From the IMG/VR virus record IMGVR_UViG_2859564202_000001: a DNA stretch of 64,000 nt, one strand, 5' to 3'. Below, piece after piece: positions 60,335 to 64,000 of the stretch (positions are counted from its first letter, which is position 1; each line of letters opens with the position of its first letter). A model generated the notes under the pieces. It was given only the letters and a program-made list of their open reading frames with translations, was not told where the DNA came from and did not search any database. Both the position numbers and the translations under genes were made by a program. This stretch comes from a virus. Lineage: Duplodnaviria; Caudoviricetes.

Positions 60335-60844
60335 TTAATCTACTGGTGATCCATCAGCACTTAATTCGTCCCACAGTTTCACAGCAATTTCAATCTCGGT
60401 GTTTTGACGGTGTTTGGTGATTGTGTCATCAGTATTGATTTCTTTCTCGTGCGCATGAAGACCCAGAAACCAGTCACAACCTGATTTTTCAACATAGTAG
60501 AGTCGCATCAATATTGAGTATCCATCACTGTATATCCCAGAAACTGGATCTTGATCTCTTACGAAAATGTCGTTCCATCTAATCTCAAACATATCCAGCT
60601 GCGGTTGACTGGAAATACTCTTAACATGCTCTTCGGGGGTCAATCGCCCCCTCTCCGCTAGCTCCAAACGATCTTCGATAAGAGCTTCCGCATCCGCTTC
60701 GGTCAACATATTGAAGACATACTTTCTCTTCAATATGTCCATTATTTTCTCTACAGTTTCTTCAATATGGTTATCAGAGCAGTTATAACGCCAGTGATAA
60801 TGCACCGGTTTACCACCACTGCAGATGCTTTGCTTAATGACCAT
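60335..60844 (-). CDS. Putative RelE/HigB-like toxin
   Basis: MFEIRW...MRLYY...LHAHEK pattern; upstream of the HTH and SecB genes. Confidence 0.6.
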   Translation of the reverse strand: MVIKQSICSGGKPVHYHWRYNCSDNHIEETVEKIMDILKRKYVFNMLTEADAEALIEDRLELAERGRLTPEEHVKSISSQPQLDMFEIRWNDIFVRDQDPVSGIYSDGYSILMRLYYVEKSGCDWFLGLHAHEKEINTDDTITKHRQNTEIEIAVKLWDELSADGSPVD

Positions 60845-61482
60845 CTACGCATGGTAGCTAAATTGACATGGCCGTCCCGAGAAATAGTCTTTGCGTGACA
60901 TAACTCATATATCATAAAACTACGGAACCTGAGCCGCAGCAGTTTTACCTGGAACAGTCGATTCGACGTCCTACTGGTGGTCCTATCGCACCCCCTCAGG
61001 GCACCATCTAGCTGCAGGTTCACCTCGCTTGGGTCCGAGACTACCTAGTGACTGGCAGCAGTGGAGATGGGATAGCTCAGAACCTCCGTCAGCTGCACCG
61101 TGGGAAGATGACCGTTGGATTCCGTATGACGGTAATATATCCACACCAAACTGGACGATTGGCCCTTCCCCTTCGCCTGACTAACCCAGCAACGCCAGCT
61201 TCAATCTGATACAACTATGGAATGCTACGAAAAATTCTTGAGCAGAAACTAGACGTATCCCTGCCTCAGACATAGCGCTCGGGGGGGATGGCTACGAGGG
61301 CAGGGATACATACATGATCATACCTTCGACGCTGTTCGCGCGCATTTCCTACACTGAAATTGTGAACAGGTTATGCTCCAGCGCTCTGCTTCTGGAGCAT
61401 AACTCACCATCTGAGGGAGTTTTTCCTTCCAATGTGTGCAAACACGAGTAAGTAGATTCAAATTTGCTGATAAACCTGTAAT

Positions 61483-62322
61483 TTATGAACTCAAGGAAGA
61501 CCCAAAGAAAGGTACGCTATCGTCCTGGACCGACTTATCTGTCACTTCGAACAAGTAATGCACCTCCGAATACGTGCCATCTGGATAAATTAATTCTGCA
61601 GCAAACCACATTTGCCCAGTACGATCTTCCGGTGCTGTGAAGGTAAGCTCACCGGTCTTCTCATCAATGACAATAGTTGCCCCCATGAGTTCCGCATCTT
61701 CAACTGACCCATAACGATCGCGAACCACCTTAGCTCCCTGCGGAACCCCGCCAATCGCTCCATCCCCAGCAATGACCGTCATCGGAACTTTAATACTCTG
61801 ACCATTACGAACCCGTTGAGAATCTATGCTCTGAACACTGTAGTAAAAACTATCTGATACCTCGACTACTGAATGAGGTGTCACTATGTCAATAGAACTA
61901 TCAGGGTAGACCACTCTTACAGTTACTCGATCTATATAAGATCGCGTCACTTCCCCAGGGTTGTAACTAATAGTTCCGGCGCCTCCAAAAGTATGCCGGA
62001 TCACTCCTGTCTGTGAATCCAGCCGGGAGGTGACTACGCCATCGCTAACGGCGACTGCAAATGTGTCACTGTCAAGGACGAACCGAGTCCCCTCTGGTAA
62101 TTCCGCAAAGTTTTCAACGGTCTGTGAGACCGAATTAGGCAAACCTGCATCATTATTTATCGAGCCGAGACGCGTTTCTAACGACTCGTAATCCGGCTCG
62201 TAAAGAGCCGCCATGGGTACATTTTCCTGTGCAATTGCAACACTCGCGCCATTAACCGTTGTCCCAAATACTAACGAACATGACAGAATGGCAGTAACCA
62301 AAGTGCGTGACTGTACCAACAT
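61483..62322 (-). CDS. Secreted protein with two Rib/YPDG-like Ig domains
   Basis: Signal peptide; VVYPDSS and IYPDGT motifs. Confidence 0.75.
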   Translation of the reverse strand: MLVQSRTLVTAILSCSLVFGTTVNGASVAIAQENVPMAALYEPDYESLETRLGSINNDAGLPNSVSQTVENFAELPEGTRFVLDSDTFAVAVSDGVVTSRLDSQTGVIRHTFGGAGTISYNPGEVTRSYIDRVTVRVVYPDSSIDIVTPHSVVEVSDSFYYSVQSIDSQRVRNGQSIKVPMTVIAGDGAIGGVPQGAKVVRDRYGSVEDAELMGATIVIDEKTGELTFTAPEDRTGQMWFAAELIYPDGTYSEVHYLFEVTDKSVQDDSVPFFGSSLSS

Positions 62323-62545
62323 CCCTCTACACCACTTTCTGAATTAGAAATCCTCTATTCTCCCTCATACTATAGGGACAGGGTGTCTCAATATCATTGT
62401 GGTATCGAACTGACCTCTTTTCAGAAACGTCTGTTGACCCGTCTTTTTTGTACTGCACAAGAAAGCACCGCCTCGACACTCCAACTCGAAGTCAGTGCTT
62501 TTCTACCATTAAAAGTGATAAGGCCCTTGAAAGGCATGATCGTCC

Positions 62546-62713
62546 ATCAAGCAATATCCGAAGCCCTCTCAGTAATCAGTCTGGGAAGCTCCTAGACGAC
62601 TCGTAACGACCAAAAAGCACCGAGAACAGATGCAACTCAATCTCATTTACATCTGTTCTCGGCGCACTCATTTCCATAGCCCCACTCGTAGCTTCCCAAA
62701 TCCGGAATCAGAT
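62546..62713 (+). repeat. About 167-bp direct repeat, copy 2
   Basis: Matches 56827-56993. Confidence 0.9.
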
Positions 62714-62788
62714 TTCAGCAACCCCACGACGAAGAATAACCGACACACCTGCGTAAACGGTCATCTGGAATACTGCCCTTTAGAGATG

Positions 62789-62843
62789 CCACTGCATGTC
62801 ACTCCACTACGGCAAGATAGTGGAGTGACATGCAGTGGTTTTT
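62789..62843. terminator. Long 21-bp-stem hairpin with a T-tract on the + strand
   Basis: ccactgcatgtcactccacta-cggcaaga-tagtggagtgacatgcagtgg-ttttt. Confidence 0.7.
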
Positions 62844-62931
62844 AGCTGAGATTTCCACGTGCGGGATCGAAAGTGCCTTTGGCTCCACGGAGAAGGCGCC
62901 CGGCCACACGGTAGACTATTGCATCACTTAA

Positions 62932-63876
62932 TTAGTTTTCATGCCCCTGCAGAAAAGTGCCACGGTTGTCATGATTGACGACAAACTTAATTAATGGTCC
63001 TCGTTGCGCAGCAATAACGGACAGGTGGTGAAGAGTAAGAACTAAATCTTGAAGCTTTGGATCGCTCTCAAGTTCTTTGATATTCAATCCCAGCTCAAGT
63101 GCTTTACTGACCGAAATGTGTCGATTATGCGCAAGAGTAACGGAATGATCAGCGAGCTCTTTGATAGCGCGAGTGGCTTTTTCTTCTTTGTCAGGCTCGT
63201 CTAAAAACATACCCTTTTCAAGCCACTGCTTAACCATCGAGTTGGACCACTGAATAGCTTTTTTAGCTTCACCCAACATCGTGGGGTTGTATTTATTCAA
63301 GATCACCTGCCATATATGAGCAGTCTGCGGATTCTCAGAGACCTCTTTCTTCGCTTGCTCAAATTCTTCCAATAACCCGTGTGCCGGTAGGCCGTTAAAC
63401 TGAGGATCAATGGGGCCAAGACTAGAATGCTTCCCCATAACAATCTCTTTGGACGAAAGTGCGATCATTGTTCCTGCTGACATTGCGAGTTGGGGGACAA
63501 TGACTCTGAAATCTTGACCAAAGAGTGCGTGAATGTAATCTACTAACGACTCTGTCGCAGCAACATCTCCACCCGGAGTGTGGAGGATAAGATCGAGACC
63601 TTTACTCTGATCCAACTTATGGAGCGCAGTCATAAAACTGTTTTTATCAGTATCATTTACCGAAAAATCCGTAGATTGCCCGGAAAATCGTCGACCATTT
63701 TCTAACCACGCTGAATAATAGACGATTACATTTCGACCAGTATGTTCAAACAGTGCTTGTAGCGCTTCTCTACGTTTATCGCTTACTGCGTCAACATCAT
63801 TTATTTGTCTAATCTTGTACTGATTATCTTGGTAAATCTTAGAAATTTCATCAGTAATCTCTGCCCAGTTCCCCAT
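62932..63876 (-). CDS. SDH/S49-family Clp-fold serine protease
   Basis: LILHTPGG, AMSAGTMIAL and SSLGPIDPQ. Confidence 0.85.
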   Translation of the reverse strand: MGNWAEITDEISKIYQDNQYKIRQINDVDAVSDKRREALQALFEHTGRNVIVYYSAWLENGRRFSGQSTDFSVNDTDKNSFMTALHKLDQSKGLDLILHTPGGDVAATESLVDYIHALFGQDFRVIVPQLAMSAGTMIALSSKEIVMGKHSSLGPIDPQFNGLPAHGLLEEFEQAKKEVSENPQTAHIWQVILNKYNPTMLGEAKKAIQWSNSMVKQWLEKGMFLDEPDKEEKATRAIKELADHSVTLAHNRHISVSKALELGLNIKELESDPKLQDLVLTLHHLSVIAAQRGPLIKFVVNHDNRGTFLQGHEN

Positions 63877-64000
63877 GTAGCTATCCTCTACTCGACCACA
63901 CTAACGTGGCTGGTCGCTGTTGCTCAAAAAAATCTAAGAAACTTAAGTCACTGGGTAATACTTCTACCGACTCAGATTCCAAATAGCGATAAAAGTCCTC

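Noticed and set aside
62383-62606. Short plus-strand ORFs
   Set aside because: They are chimeras of repeated fragments with no convincing RBS.
1-64000. tRNA/rRNA genes, integrase, capsid/terminase, VirB4
   Set aside because: No recognisable signatures found by inspection in this window.

Overview
This window looks like a segment of a large corynebacterial mobile element. The cglIM-cglIR-cglIIR locus points to the CGP3 'prophage' region of Corynebacterium glutamicum; I recognised this from the proteins and did not confirm it by search. No capsid, terminase or tail genes are recognisable. The minus strand carries a conjugation-like core: a MobL-type relaxase plus a degenerate paralog, a VirD4/TraG-like coupling ATPase, a lysozyme plus NlpC/P60 wall hydrolase, pilin-like and VirB6-like membrane proteins, and a short ClpB-like ATPase. 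It also carries a giant single-chain two-barrel RNA polymerase gene (5851 to <1) that the ORF track missed. The main finding is that the VirD4-like gene is broken into four pieces by three different splicing elements. These are (1) a group I intron in the Walker A codons carrying a Vsr/EDxHD-like endonuclease, (2) a group II intron carrying an endonuclease instead of a reverse transcriptase, and (3) a naturally split, Ala-initiated class 3 (W-C-T) intein whose halves flank a free-standing endonuclease. Joining the pieces gives about 1405 aa with intact motifs. Accessory islands carry defence-like genes: CglI restriction-modification, GIY-YIG, DUF3800, AbiTii, a DUF4365-like nuclease, a toxin-antitoxin-chaperone module and an S49/Clp-fold protease. 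They also hold several gene relics and repeats.
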